From positions 92,373-124,372 of the forward strand of contig JAQTTP010000002.1 of NCBI GenBank assembly GCA_028710695.1: a stretch of DNA of 32,000 nt, written 5' to 3'. The stretch is from Candidatus Iainarchaeum sp. Its GTDB lineage: Archaea > Iainarchaeota > Iainarchaeia > Iainarchaeales > 0-14-0-20-30-16. Below the pieces are notes generated by a model, which worked only from the letters and a program-made list of their open reading frames with translations, searched no databases and was not told the origin of the DNA. Both the position numbers and the translations under genes were made by a program. Shown here one piece after another: positions 17,742 to 27,554 of the stretch; position 1 is the stretch's first letter; each line of letters begins with the position of its first letter.

Positions 17742-18182
17742 TTATCCAAACAAGATTTCACAATGAATAGGACAATTGCCCACATTTGGATTACAGGTAA
17801 TTGTAACTTTAGTTTCCACATCATTCTGAGTAACTAATCCAGAGTCAATCTTCTTAAAAACAGACTTGTTAGAATTGAGGACGAGGCAGTCTTGTGTTAG
17901 CCCAGTCTCCTCTTCAAAATATTTAAAAGTGAAATAGGTCTCTTTAGGTATTATCACTTTATCAATAACGTATGGCTCTCCGGTTGGTGCCTTTACTGCA
18001 TATTTTATATTGCTTACAAGAGATTCATTTGAAAGATACACTTTCTGATTTTCTGTTTTCTCAATTAAAACAAGAATAATTCCAAGAATAACAGCCCCAA
18101 TTACAGCACCGACAAGCAATTTAAAGATAAAATCCTCTTGGCCTTTTTTGTTTCTTAAAAAGTCAAAGTTCATGTCAACCAA
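17742..18182 (-). CDS. Pilin-like protein with class III-like signal peptide
   Basis: FLRNKKGQEDFIFKLLVGAVIGAVILGIILVLI: basic residues, G|Q cleavage-like site and hydrophobic helix. Cys-containing C-terminal domain. Overlaps the T2SF gene by 8 nt. Confidence 0.65.
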   Translation of the reverse strand: MVDMNFDFLRNKKGQEDFIFKLLVGAVIGAVILGIILVLIEKTENQKVYLSNESLVSNIKYAVKAPTGEPYVIDKVIIPKETYFTFKYFEEETGLTQDCLVLNSNKSVFKKIDSGLVTQNDVETKVTITCNPNVGNCPIHCEILFG

Positions 18183-20433
18183 ACCCTGAAACCATCATTC
18201 CTGCTACTACAGAAGATATTATGAATACCACCACCGCAATAGGAATTGTTTTTGCAATTAGTAATTTTGTTTGCAAAGAGTTATCTTCTAAAATCAAACT
18301 AACAAAGTAGGATAATATTATTACAATTAAAATTACATTTATAGTAATAATAATCATAAAGGCACCAGGAGTTGCAATGTTTCCAATTGCACTTGTGTTA
18401 AATGAAGTGGAAAGCTTTGAAAAGTCCAAACTTGACAAACCCTCCGGCATATTTTCCCCCATTTTTGACATCCCTTCTCCAAGCCCAGAAGAGGTTAAAG
18501 AATAAAGAGTCAACACAATTATTTTTTGTAGACTAACTGTGATTCCCAAAACAGCTGGCGCAATAAATGTTGCCATTGTTGCAAGCATTTCAGAAATATC
18601 AGAAATAACTTTTTTTATCAGCTGTTTAATTTCTAAAACATTTTTTATCTGTATTGATATGGATATTGCTGTCTTTGATGCAGTATGTGGGCCCAACGTT
18701 ACTGAATCCCCCATTATCTTTAAAGAATTATTTAGTTGCATAGAGGGGTTGTGTTTCATAGAACCAAAAACAGGATCAAACATTGCTTGTTCTAATGGCA
18801 ACCCAAGCAAATTAATATTATCCAAAGTTTTTGCAAATAAATCTTGACAAATAGTTAACTCAGGGAAAAAGTCTTTTGTCTTTTGCAAGGCATCTTCAAT
18901 TGGCTTTCCTTCTGCCAACCTAGAAGCTAAAATGTACAAGACCTCCCTAAATTCATCTTCCATTTTCACATAATAATCTTGGATTTTCTTTTTGTAAATT
19001 GCAGAGAAATAAAAATACACAAATATGATTAATGCAATAGTCAATGCCATTCCATAAATCACAAAGTAAGGGGTGGTATCATGCCCTGGCTGCATCATAA
19101 ACAGCATCTTCTGAGCCCTAATTTCTCCAGCCAATGCTTCTGGATCACTTGCTACTTCTGCACCTTTATTAGCTAACAAAAAGTTCGTTGCTTGCAAAAC
19201 AAAGTATGACTCTGGGTCTTTAACAAACTCGTCTGGGAACTGCTCTGCTTGCATAACTTTTGCTAAAGTAGTTCCTAATGATAGTTGTAATAATACAGAT
19301 AATACTATTCCAACAATAAAAATAATTGCGATTACAACTCTAATATCAATTTGTACTTTCCCAATTCTCATATTATTTTTCTTTGGAAGCCCAGGATAGG
19401 TATCTGGAATCACTGGAGGCTTATAGATTCTTGGAACCTTTTTGATAATATAGAGTGCAAATATAAAACAGATTCCTGGAATTAAAATATCATAAAGTAT
19501 AACTAAAACCCAAGGTTTAGCAAATGGCAAATTTGCAAACACAGACCCAATTGGAAGAATAACAATTAATAACAGAGGAAGTAAAACACCAACATAGAAT
19601 AATACTAGTGATGGCTGTGACAAAGATCTTGCATACCCTTCCATTTTTATCTTTATAGAATCCAAAACAGAGCTTATACTTTTGTCCAACATATCTGCTC
19701 TTTTTTCTTCATCATCTTCAACCATAGAAGATTTTATTAGCATTATTGCTTCTTTAAATTCTGGAGAATAAACTTTCCATCTATAAGCCAATACTTCTAG
19801 CCCTTCTCCAATAGTATTATGTACTCCAATATGGGTGTTCCACAATACTTTTTTCAAATCATCTGCAAGCTTTCCTTTTCCACGCAATGCAGCAAAATTC
19901 ACTGCTTTCTCTAAGTTAGAGCTAAGCTTCATAGACATTGCCAAATAGCTTATTATTTCTGGAACGTAAGACAATGCTGCCCTTGCTTCCTGTTCTGCAG
20001 CAATTATTGGATACCGCATAAAAAAATAAATAATTCCCGTTGCAGCCCCACCAAACACTACTAACAAAATAATTATAATGTAAAAAGTTCCTAAAGAAGA
20101 TGCTAACAAAGAACCAAGGATAAAATATCCTATTATCATCAACACAATTGCAATAACTATTGAAAAAACAGTTACTGTTTTTATTCCCGCGTTCAGGTCT
20201 TCTGGTCTAATATTCCAACCTAAAAAATCCAATGCCTCTTGATATTCTTTAGATATTTTACTATCTTTAAAATTAGGAAACTGCTTTGAAAATTTCTTAC
20301 AAAGTGAAACATACCAGTTGTCTTTTTCAATTTGGGGCTTTTCTTCGTCCTCGAATTTTATTTCTTCCCCTTTTATTCCCTTGTACAACTTACCAAGATT
20401 AATTTCAGGCATGTTTAGATCACTTTCTGTCAT
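18175..20433 (-). CDS. Fused/duplicated type II secretion F-domain membrane protein (FlaJ/TadC-like)
   Basis: Two T2SF-like segments: 'YVPEIISYLAMSMKLSSNLEKAVNFAALRGKGKLADDLKKVLW' and 'REVLYILASRLAEGKPIEDALQKTKDFF', separated and followed by multiple TM helices. Confidence 0.85.
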   Translation of the reverse strand: MTESDLNMPEINLGKLYKGIKGEEIKFEDEEKPQIEKDNWYVSLCKKFSKQFPNFKDSKISKEYQEALDFLGWNIRPEDLNAGIKTVTVFSIVIAIVLMIIGYFILGSLLASSLGTFYIIIILLVVFGGAATGIIYFFMRYPIIAAEQEARAALSYVPEIISYLAMSMKLSSNLEKAVNFAALRGKGKLADDLKKVLWNTHIGVHNTIGEGLEVLAYRWKVYSPEFKEAIMLIKSSMVEDDEEKRADMLDKSISSVLDSIKIKMEGYARSLSQPSLVLFYVGVLLPLLLIVILPIGSVFANLPFAKPWVLVILYDILIPGICFIFALYIIKKVPRIYKPPVIPDTYPGLPKKNNMRIGKVQIDIRVVIAIIFIVGIVLSVLLQLSLGTTLAKVMQAEQFPDEFVKDPESYFVLQATNFLLANKGAEVASDPEALAGEIRAQKMLFMMQPGHDTTPYFVIYGMALTIALIIFVYFYFSAIYKKKIQDYYVKMEDEFREVLYILASRLAEGKPIEDALQKTKDFFPELTICQDLFAKTLDNINLLGLPLEQAMFDPVFGSMKHNPSMQLNNSLKIMGDSVTLGPHTASKTAISISIQIKNVLEIKQLIKKVISDISEMLATMATFIAPAVLGITVSLQKIIVLTLYSLTSSGLGEGMSKMGENMPEGLSSLDFSKLSTSFNTSAIGNIATPGAFMIIITINVILIVIILSYFVSLILEDNSLQTKLLIAKTIPIAVVVFIISSVVAGMMVSGFG

Positions 20434-22717
20434 ATTTCTTGTTCAAAAAAGGTACAAAGTCTTTATCCACCCAATTCTTCCAGGTAGTGTAAAGGTCGTC
20501 CCAATTCAACACATCCGCCTCTTCCATTTGTTTTTCTCTGAACAAGTGCAAAGAGGTATTTGCTATTGTTGTATTTTCTGCTTCCAACAAATCTGAAAAA
20601 TTTAATTTATTTTTCAAATCAACCAAGTATTGCTTTGTTTTTGAAACCATGCTGATTTCTTTCCAAATTTGTTCCATATTCAGTCCACTAACACTCTGAA
20701 TTTTTGTAAACAATTCTGAGTCTTTCAAATTATCTTCTAACAAATCAAGATTATCTTTTTTAGCATTATAGCTCATCAGATCTAGAAGTCCGCCCTCAGT
20801 TTCAGGATCTTCATTCCAGTGTTTTTTTACTTCTGTAATCTGTACTAATCTTCTATTTCTTTTCAAAGACCCTTTAAACCTTATTGGCCTTGAAACAGTA
20901 ACAATATCTGTTGCCTTAAAAGAAGTAGTTGGCACTTCTAAGTCATTTACAACCCTATCCCACACAGAATAAGCAGAGTCACCGTGGATTGTGCCCATTA
21001 CAACATTTCCTGCAGCACCAACCCTCATTGCTTCATACAAAACTTTTGCCTCTTTACTTCTTACTTCTCCAAGAATTATTGCACTATCTCCCAACCTCAA
21101 TGCTGTTCTTAATGCCTCATCAGGAGGAACTTCAACTCCAACTTTTGCAGTAGTAATTGCTGACTGAGTTTTCAATCTTTGGACATTATACCCTATATTT
21201 TTCATATACATTGCAGGTATTTCCAAAGTATCTTCTTGCAATAAAATTCTAGAACTCATTGGTATTTCTAGCATTAATGCACTCAATAAAGATGTTTTTC
21301 CAGATCCTCTTGAACCTGCAACCAAAATACTTGATTGCATATCCACCAAAAAGCTAAGCAAACCAGCAGATAAGGAGTTCATTCCATTTACATCTACTAG
21401 CTGTGGCAAAGTCCAAGGTGTTGTTTTATGTAACCTAAACGCAAATGCAATTCCATCAGGAGACAGAGGCGGACCAATAACTGCTACACGAGTTTCAAAC
21501 TCTGGTAAATCATAATCCAGCACAGGGTGTGTTTCATCAAAAGGCCTTCCACTCTGTGCCCTTATTTTTGAAACAACTGATTCTGCCTCTCTGTCACTAT
21601 ACAAAATATTTGTTTTACAGGATCCAAATTTAGAATGTATTAACTTTAATGGCTTATCACCAATTGGCGCATCAACATAAAAATCTGTAATATTCTTATC
21701 AGACAAAAGTATTTCTAAAATTCCATACCCCACAGTATAACGGGCAACAATTTCTGACAAGGATTTTTCTTCATCCAAAGTCAAAGGAATATTATTTGCC
21801 TTAGAAACTCCTTTTATAGTTGTTAAAAATACTCTTTCAAAATAATCTCTTGATTTTGCCCCAACAGTAAATGCTGCACTTCCTGGCTTATACTCTGCAA
21901 CAATCTCTCTTGCCTTACTAATTATAAAATACTTGTCAGGGGTCAAAGAGTATTCCGGGGGATTAGCAATATACAAATATTCAACACTATCTGGCTGTTT
22001 AAAAATTTGAATTTGGGTGTTACCAACCATGTATTCATCAACTAATACTAAACCTTCTATTTCTCCAAACAAAAGCCTAGATCCTATAAAGGACGGCTTT
22101 ATTTCCGCATTAAAAAAATACCTATATAGTTGGCTAGTATCGGGGATATTAGTTAATTTTTGCAAATAATCTTTTACCTTCTTTATTAAATCTGTTTTCT
22201 CAAGACTTTGGTAAATATATATCAAAGTTTCCAAATAAGGCATTGCCCCTTTCTGGTATTTGCTCCCAAGCTTTGTAAGCCTTAGCTTTTCTTTGTTTAT
22301 TTCATCTATTGTAGCAAGATATGCCAATATTGGATCTGATACCAAATAGTCGCTTGCTATCTTTGCCAGGGTTGCATGCCTATTAGCAGTGTATTGCTCA
22401 TTTTCGTCAGAACCATCAGAAAGATGCTCTGGCCCCCATAACCCTTGGGCAGTAAAAGTAGAATACAATTCTCCAATTTGCCTTAACAGGGTAGTTTGGT
22501 CACTATTGTAAACTCTTTCATAAACATCAGCTAATACAACCATATCTGCTTTTTGTTTAGCCAAAAAAGTTATTGCGTGAAGCCTACAGGCCTTATCGTC
22601 TGCCAAAGAAGTAGCAAATACACAATTTTTACAGTTAAATATCAGATGCTCTTGGTTGTTTATTACCTTATAAATTCCTTGCCCAACCTTATAGCCGCCA
22701 ATAATCATTAAAATCAC
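20420..22717 (-). CDS. FlaI/TadA-like secretion ATPase with long N-terminal extension
   Basis: SSILVAGSRGSGKTSLLSALMLEIPMSSRILLQEDTLEIPA..., TALRLGDSAIILGEVRSKEAKVLYEAMRVGAAGNVVMGTIHGDSAY. Confidence 0.93.
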   Translation of the reverse strand: MILMIIGGYKVGQGIYKVINNQEHLIFNCKNCVFATSLADDKACRLHAITFLAKQKADMVVLADVYERVYNSDQTTLLRQIGELYSTFTAQGLWGPEHLSDGSDENEQYTANRHATLAKIASDYLVSDPILAYLATIDEINKEKLRLTKLGSKYQKGAMPYLETLIYIYQSLEKTDLIKKVKDYLQKLTNIPDTSQLYRYFFNAEIKPSFIGSRLLFGEIEGLVLVDEYMVGNTQIQIFKQPDSVEYLYIANPPEYSLTPDKYFIISKAREIVAEYKPGSAAFTVGAKSRDYFERVFLTTIKGVSKANNIPLTLDEEKSLSEIVARYTVGYGILEILLSDKNITDFYVDAPIGDKPLKLIHSKFGSCKTNILYSDREAESVVSKIRAQSGRPFDETHPVLDYDLPEFETRVAVIGPPLSPDGIAFAFRLHKTTPWTLPQLVDVNGMNSLSAGLLSFLVDMQSSILVAGSRGSGKTSLLSALMLEIPMSSRILLQEDTLEIPAMYMKNIGYNVQRLKTQSAITTAKVGVEVPPDEALRTALRLGDSAIILGEVRSKEAKVLYEAMRVGAAGNVVMGTIHGDSAYSVWDRVVNDLEVPTTSFKATDIVTVSRPIRFKGSLKRNRRLVQITEVKKHWNEDPETEGGLLDLMSYNAKKDNLDLLEDNLKDSELFTKIQSVSGLNMEQIWKEISMVSKTKQYLVDLKNKLNFSDLLEAENTTIANTSLHLFREKQMEEADVLNWDDLYTTWKNWVDKDFVPFLNKKYDRK

Positions 22718-22747
22718 GTAACAGAAACTGAGAGATGTAAATAATAG

Positions 22748-22765
22748 TTATACTTTATTTATATA
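22748..22765 (+). promoter_or_regulatory. Putative TATA promoter for the methyltransferase gene
   Basis: atactttatttatatatc in the 70-bp divergent intergenic region. Confidence 0.45.
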
Positions 22766-22787
22766 TCTTATTGTCCTAATTTTATTT

Positions 22788-23828
22788 ATGGACAAATCAG
22801 AAAAGGAACTAATAAAGGCAAAGTTTTCAAAAAATATCTTTTATCCTGACAGAAAAAGCCTTGAAATGTCAACTCCAGAACTAGTTTCTAAGTACAGGGC
22901 AAGCAGATTAAAGTGCAATACAGCAATAGATCTCTGTTGTGGACTTGGAATAGATGCAATTCTTTTGGCAAAAAGCTGCAAAAAAGTTATTGCAATAGAA
23001 AAAGACAAAAAAATACTAGATTGTGCAATAAAAAACGCAAAACTATACAATACAAAGAACATTGAATTCATTTGTGCAGATTTTAAAACTCTGGATCTAA
23101 AAAAATACAACCCAGACATAATTTTTGCAGACCCATCAAGAAGAGTTGGAGAAAAAAGAGTTAAAGAATTAAGTGAAACAGAACCAAGCACAACAGAAAT
23201 TATTTCTTTATTACAAAAACAAGGATTTGAAAATTTCTGCATAGAAGTTTCAAATAATTTAGATTTAGAAAAGCTAAATTTTGACTGCGAAAAAGAATTT
23301 ATATCTCTTAATAAAGAACCAAATTGTATTTCTCTTTATTTTGGAAATCTTAAAAAGTATAATTACTCTTTTGTTGCTTTGCCAGACAAAAAAGTAATAT
23401 TTGCTGACAAAATAAATCCTGAATTTAAAACACAGGAAAACTTTAAAAAATATTTATACGAATTAGACGAAGGAATAAAAAAAATGCATTTTCAAAATGA
23501 ACTTTTAAATCATTACAACGGCTTATACGCAATAACAGATTCTTTTTTCACATCCACAAATCTAATAAAAGACCCAATCTTTAAAAACAGCTACAAAATA
23601 GAAACAGTTTTAGAAACAAGCTTTGAAAACACAGACAAAAATATTTTAATTGAAGAGCTAAAAAAATTAGATGCAAAGAAAGTCGTTTTGCGTATTAAAA
23701 TAGATCCAGACAAATATTACTCTCTAAAAAAAGATTTAGAAAAAGATTTGGAAGGCACAAAAAAGCTACATATAATTGAATTAAACAAGAAAGTTATTCT
23801 TTGCAAAAATCTTCTTCTGAGCGAATAG
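22788..23828 (+). CDS. Class I SAM-dependent methyltransferase (THUMP-like/RsmD-like)
   Basis: NTAIDLCCGLGIDAILLAKSCKKVIAIEKD (motif I), IIFADPSRRVGEKR (motif IV-like DPSRR), C-terminal segment consistent with a THUMP-like domain. Confidence 0.8.
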   Translation: MDKSEKELIKAKFSKNIFYPDRKSLEMSTPELVSKYRASRLKCNTAIDLCCGLGIDAILLAKSCKKVIAIEKDKKILDCAIKNAKLYNTKNIEFICADFKTLDLKKYNPDIIFADPSRRVGEKRVKELSETEPSTTEIISLLQKQGFENFCIEVSNNLDLEKLNFDCEKEFISLNKEPNCISLYFGNLKKYNYSFVALPDKKVIFADKINPEFKTQENFKKYLYELDEGIKKMHFQNELLNHYNGLYAITDSFFTSTNLIKDPIFKNSYKIETVLETSFENTDKNILIEELKKLDAKKVVLRIKIDPDKYYSLKKDLEKDLEGTKKLHIIELNKKVILCKNLLLSE

Positions 23829-23939
23829 GGAAATAAACCTGATTCAGTCAGGTCATACAAAGCCCAAACTCTTAACTAAACCGAATAATATAAATACTCT
23901 TTTCTCTTTATTCTGTTAGATAATTAAAGAGGTGGGATT

Positions 23940-24509
23940 TTGAAAACTTTAGAGAACCTAACAAAAGCCTTTATTGGCGAAAGCATGGCAAGAAACAGAT
24001 ACACATTTTACGCAAAGCAAGCATTCAAAGAGGGATATGACCAAATCTCAGAAATATTCACTCAAACTGCAGAGCAAGAAAGAGAGCACGCAAAATGGCT
24101 TTTCACTTTAATTAATGAAATAAAAAAAGGAAAAAAAGAAATTGAAGTTGCGGCATCAGTTCCAACAACTTTTGGAAACACAAAAGAAAATCTAAAGGCA
24201 GCAATTGCTGGAGAAAATCACGAGCACACAAGCATGTATCCTGAGTTTGCAAAAATTGCTGTGAAGGAAGGTTTTCCAAAGATAGCAGTTAGGCTAATGG
24301 CAATAGCAACTGCTGAAAAACACCACGAGGAAAGATACAAAAAATTATTAAAAGAATTAGAGGATAAAACAATTTTCAAAAAGAAGAAAAAAATATCTTG
24401 GGTTTGTAGAAAATGTGGATACGAGCACAATGGAAATTCACCACCTGATAAATGCCCTTCATGCGGACACGAAAAGAATTATTTCGAAAGAAAATGTGAG
24501 GAATATTAA
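23940..24509 (+). CDS. rbr: Rubrerythrin (ferritin-like + rubredoxin-like domain)
   Basis: TTG start. Diiron helices EQEREHAKW / [12 protein letters not shown] and C-terminal [29 protein letters not shown]. Confidence 0.95.
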   Translation: MKTLENLTKAFIGESMARNRYTFYAKQAFKEGYDQISEIFTQTAEQEREHAKWLFTLINEIKKGKKEIEVAASVPTTFGNTKENLKAAIAGENHEHTSMYPEFAKIAVKEGFPKIAVRLMAIATAEKHHEERYKKLLKELEDKTIFKKKKKISWVCRKCGYEHNGNSPPDKCPSCGHEKNYFERKCEEY

Positions 24510-24605
24510 AGGGTAGGGTCTAAACCGCATCAGTTAGGCTACAAAGATGCAAAGAGATTTAAACAAAAAACAACATATATTTATGTTTTAAAAGGAGGAT
24601 TAAAA

Positions 24606-25376
24606 ATGGAATTAGAAAAATATTTAACAAAGTCATTTGCAACCACATTTAAAGTTAAACCATATTTGAGTTCTTTATTTGTAACAGTAGTAATTGGGGT
24701 ATTATTTATCGCAGGAATTTTTGCTTTTTTCTTTGACTTAATAAAACAATTCATGCTGACTTTAGGTAAAAGTGCGCTCACAGGGCAAATGGCAAATTCA
24801 ATGCTAGGATTTAAACTAGTTATGGCACTAGGAACTGGATTCATTATATTCTGTGTTATCTTGTGCATTTTGAATATAATTGGACAAGCATTTATTTTCA
24901 AAAAAGTTGAAGCTGAAATGGAATCAAAAAATGATGGATTCTTTGAAAGATTTGGAGCATCCATGTTATTAGGCTTAAAAGTATTTGTAGTAATGATTAT
25001 TTACTACATAGTTGTAGGAATAATTGGGGCAATAATCTTTGCAATTGGTTTAATCCCTTATGTTGGATTAGTAATTTCAATAATTTTATATGTAATATTG
25101 GGATTATATACAATCACTGGATTCTTTGCAATATATGGATTCACTGCAAAGGGTGGAATTGCAAAAGGAATAAGTGCATCTTTAACCCTGCCTTTTAGAA
25201 AAATACACTTGGTAGGTTATTCCTTTATCTTCATGATTATTGCTATGGCAATTGGCTTCGTGCTTGGCCTTTTAGGTATGATACCAGTTTTAGGACAAAT
25301 ATTGTACATTTTAGGTATGCCAATAATCACAACATACATGATGGGAATATCATATTGTATGGCAACAGAAGAATAA
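24606..25376 (+). CDS. Multi-TM membrane protein (DUF4013-like)
   Basis: At least five hydrophobic helices; strong aaaaggagg RBS and acatatatttatg TATA upstream. Confidence 0.75.
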   Translation: MELEKYLTKSFATTFKVKPYLSSLFVTVVIGVLFIAGIFAFFFDLIKQFMLTLGKSALTGQMANSMLGFKLVMALGTGFIIFCVILCILNIIGQAFIFKKVEAEMESKNDGFFERFGASMLLGLKVFVVMIIYYIVVGIIGAIIFAIGLIPYVGLVISIILYVILGLYTITGFFAIYGFTAKGGIAKGISASLTLPFRKIHLVGYSFIFMIIAMAIGFVLGLLGMIPVLGQILYILGMPIITTYMMGISYCMATEE

Positions 25377-25449
25377 AGAAATATTCTTCTTCTTTTTCTT
25401 TTTTTTTATCTTATAGAGCAAGAACAGCGTTAGTCAGGCAAATTAAATA

Positions 25450-25812
25450 TTAAACTAACTCTAATTGTATTCTCTTTCCTGCGGAATCATAAACTGCAAC
25501 CCTATCCAATGTGTATGGATAAGACACAATTATATGTGCATTCCCTTCTGAAAAAAATGAGTGTTTATCTGCACTGCTAGGAGATGAATTCCCAGAGGGG
25601 TGTGAATGTATGGTTCCCACAATAGAAAAGTCTACTGGCTTTGTATGTTTATAATATGCAACCGAATCTTCTGTTTGATAAAATATTGGCACAGCAATAA
25701 AGTGGTCTATAACATCTTTTGTTTTTCCCAAATATGCAAAGAATTCATTAGGGTATGTTTGCTTACAGCCATCCAGTAAATCCAACAGCAAAATTCTAGA
25801 CATTTTCTCCAT
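25450..25812 (-). CDS. JAB/MPN (JAMM) domain metalloprotease-like protein
   Basis: JAMM motif VGTIHSHPSGNSSPSSADKHSF. Confidence 0.88.
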   Translation of the reverse strand: MEKMSRILLLDLLDGCKQTYPNEFFAYLGKTKDVIDHFIAVPIFYQTEDSVAYYKHTKPVDFSIVGTIHSHPSGNSSPSSADKHSFFSEGNAHIIVSYPYTLDRVAVYDSAGKRIQLELV

Positions 25813-25859
25813 ATTAGTCTTTAGAAAAGAAGGTATTAAATATTAAAACCAAAGAAACA

Positions 25860-26390
25860 TTATTCTAATTTTACTGGCAAGTTTCTTACAAGACGATATA
25901 GTCTAAACACTTTGTCTGTATAGGCCTCGATAAACGCTTTTGCTGCTTTTTCTCCAAGAATTCTATTAAGTTCTAAGGCAGCATCATTTACTATTTTTAT
26001 TTGGGCTTCTATTCCAACGTTTTGTGCCCCTATTGCTCGAATCATTCTTTCTGTTTTGTCAACAACACCAGCCATAACTTTATGTACTGCAACTCTTTTT
26101 TGGGAATCATACTTTACACTTAATCCCGCAGCATCTAATGCGTATTTAGTTGCAACTCTCGAAACAATTGGTTTTCGTCTTAAAGACATTTCCGGATTAA
26201 CTTTTCCAAAATTAGTCATTAATGCTTCCCAAGGGTTGTGGCCATACACTTTCATAAGATCTTTTTCAGGATAAGTTACTTTATTTTGGATTGCGCCCAA
26301 TATTCTTACAGTCATTGCTTCATCAGGCATTCTTTCTCCAAACTTTTTAGTCCTGTTCCTATCAACCATTCGCTTAATAAATTCGACCAT
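25860..26390 (-). CDS. Hypothetical basic protein (176 aa)
   Basis: Full-length ORF in the normal gene layout; no confidently recognisable domain. Confidence 0.65.
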   Translation of the reverse strand: MVEFIKRMVDRNRTKKFGERMPDEAMTVRILGAIQNKVTYPEKDLMKVYGHNPWEALMTNFGKVNPEMSLRRKPIVSRVATKYALDAAGLSVKYDSQKRVAVHKVMAGVVDKTERMIRAIGAQNVGIEAQIKIVNDAALELNRILGEKAAKAFIEAYTDKVFRLYRLVRNLPVKLE

Positions 26391-26413
26391 AAGAAAACAG
26401 CCTGCATCAAATT

Positions 26414-26890
26414 CTAAATCTTAATTCTCATAACTTTTTGTGATTCTATAAACCCAAATTTCTTCCAGGCATCTACACCGATTCTATTATTTTTATCAAC
26501 AACAACTTCAACATATTTTATTCTATGTTCTCTAAACCAATTCATAAGGGTTTCAAATAATTTTTTTCCTATTTTCATTCCACGATATTCTGCTAACAAA
26601 TAACCATCATGCAAAAAACCCATTTGCTTAGTAACATATAATGCAGTAACAGTTTCAATTTCCCCAATATAAAATCCAATAACTTTTCTATGATATTCTG
26701 CGACCAAAATTTTAACCTTTGGGTTTTTCAAATTGTTTCTTAAAAATTTGTAAAATGCCTGGCTTGTATTTTCTCCACTTTTGTAAACCTTGCTATATCG
26801 CCTTAAATAATCAGACAATTCAGTATGCAAAGAAACCAATTCTCTTGTGTCCCGTTTATTAGCAGATCTAATCTTCACGCCCTTCTCCAT
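26414..26890 (-). CDS. GNAT-family N-acetyltransferase
   Basis: VKILVAEYHRKVIGFYIGE...MGFLHDGYLLAEYRGMKIGKKLFETLMNWFREHRIKYVEVVVDKNNRIGVDAWKKFGF. Confidence 0.9.
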   Translation of the reverse strand: MEKGVKIRSANKRDTRELVSLHTELSDYLRRYSKVYKSGENTSQAFYKFLRNNLKNPKVKILVAEYHRKVIGFYIGEIETVTALYVTKQMGFLHDGYLLAEYRGMKIGKKLFETLMNWFREHRIKYVEVVVDKNNRIGVDAWKKFGFIESQKVMRIKI

Positions 26891-26942
26891 AATATAAATA
26901 CAACATATCCTTTTTTATTCTGATTTTTTTATTTTTTCTTAT

Positions 26943-27554
26943 ATGGTCTTAAAAGAATTGCGAGATTGGAATACAAAAAGAAGAATAAAATCCAGCAAAG
27001 AACTATCTTTATTTGCAATACAACATGCTCGTCGAATTCTAGAACAACGAAGGCCAGAATTATTACAAGAACTAAGAAAAACAACTAGAGAAGAAGTCAT
27101 AAAACATGGCAACGGAAAAGGTTTTACCCTTGTATCGGTAGGGCAAAAAAGAACATTTGATCCAATAAGATATACTCACGCGGACGACTATCATCTAGAA
27201 GTCGGCCACGCGGGAGATGTTGCAAATTTTACCTACAAAAAAATAGGCAGAGTTATGCTATTTTCTGATTTAGCAGTAGGAAGATATCACAGAGAAAGCA
27301 ACTTAAGAAGGCTTGGGATTGCAAAACTAATGGTTGACATTGCAAAGGAAATTGCACAAAGAGAAGGCCTAACATCAATAAGAATAAGCACTGAAAAAAA
27401 GCCATGGCTAAAAGATATGTATGAAAAGTTTGGATTTCTCACTCTCAGCAGGGCCCCAAATGGCGCAACAGAAATGGTTTATATTTTTGACAAAGCAATA
27501 AGAGACAAATTTGATCCAAGAGACCCATATGCAATTTTAAAATATTTAAGATGA
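26943..27554 (+). CDS. GNAT-family N-acetyltransferase
   Basis: LFSDLAVGRYHRESNLRRLGIAKLMVDIAKEIAQREGLTSIRISTEKKPWLKDMYEKFGFLTLS. Confidence 0.8.
   Translation: MVLKELRDWNTKRRIKSSKELSLFAIQHARRILEQRRPELLQELRKTTREEVIKHGNGKGFTLVSVGQKRTFDPIRYTHADDYHLEVGHAGDVANFTYKKIGRVMLFSDLAVGRYHRESNLRRLGIAKLMVDIAKEIAQREGLTSIRISTEKKPWLKDMYEKFGFLTLSRAPNGATEMVYIFDKAIRDKFDPRDPYAILKYLR

Noticed and set aside
25860-26390. Possible ribosomal protein S7
   Set aside because: Length and basicity fit, but the conserved S7 segments I would expect (for example GxxxYxVPxEV, RxxxAxRW) are not visible, so no symbol was assigned.
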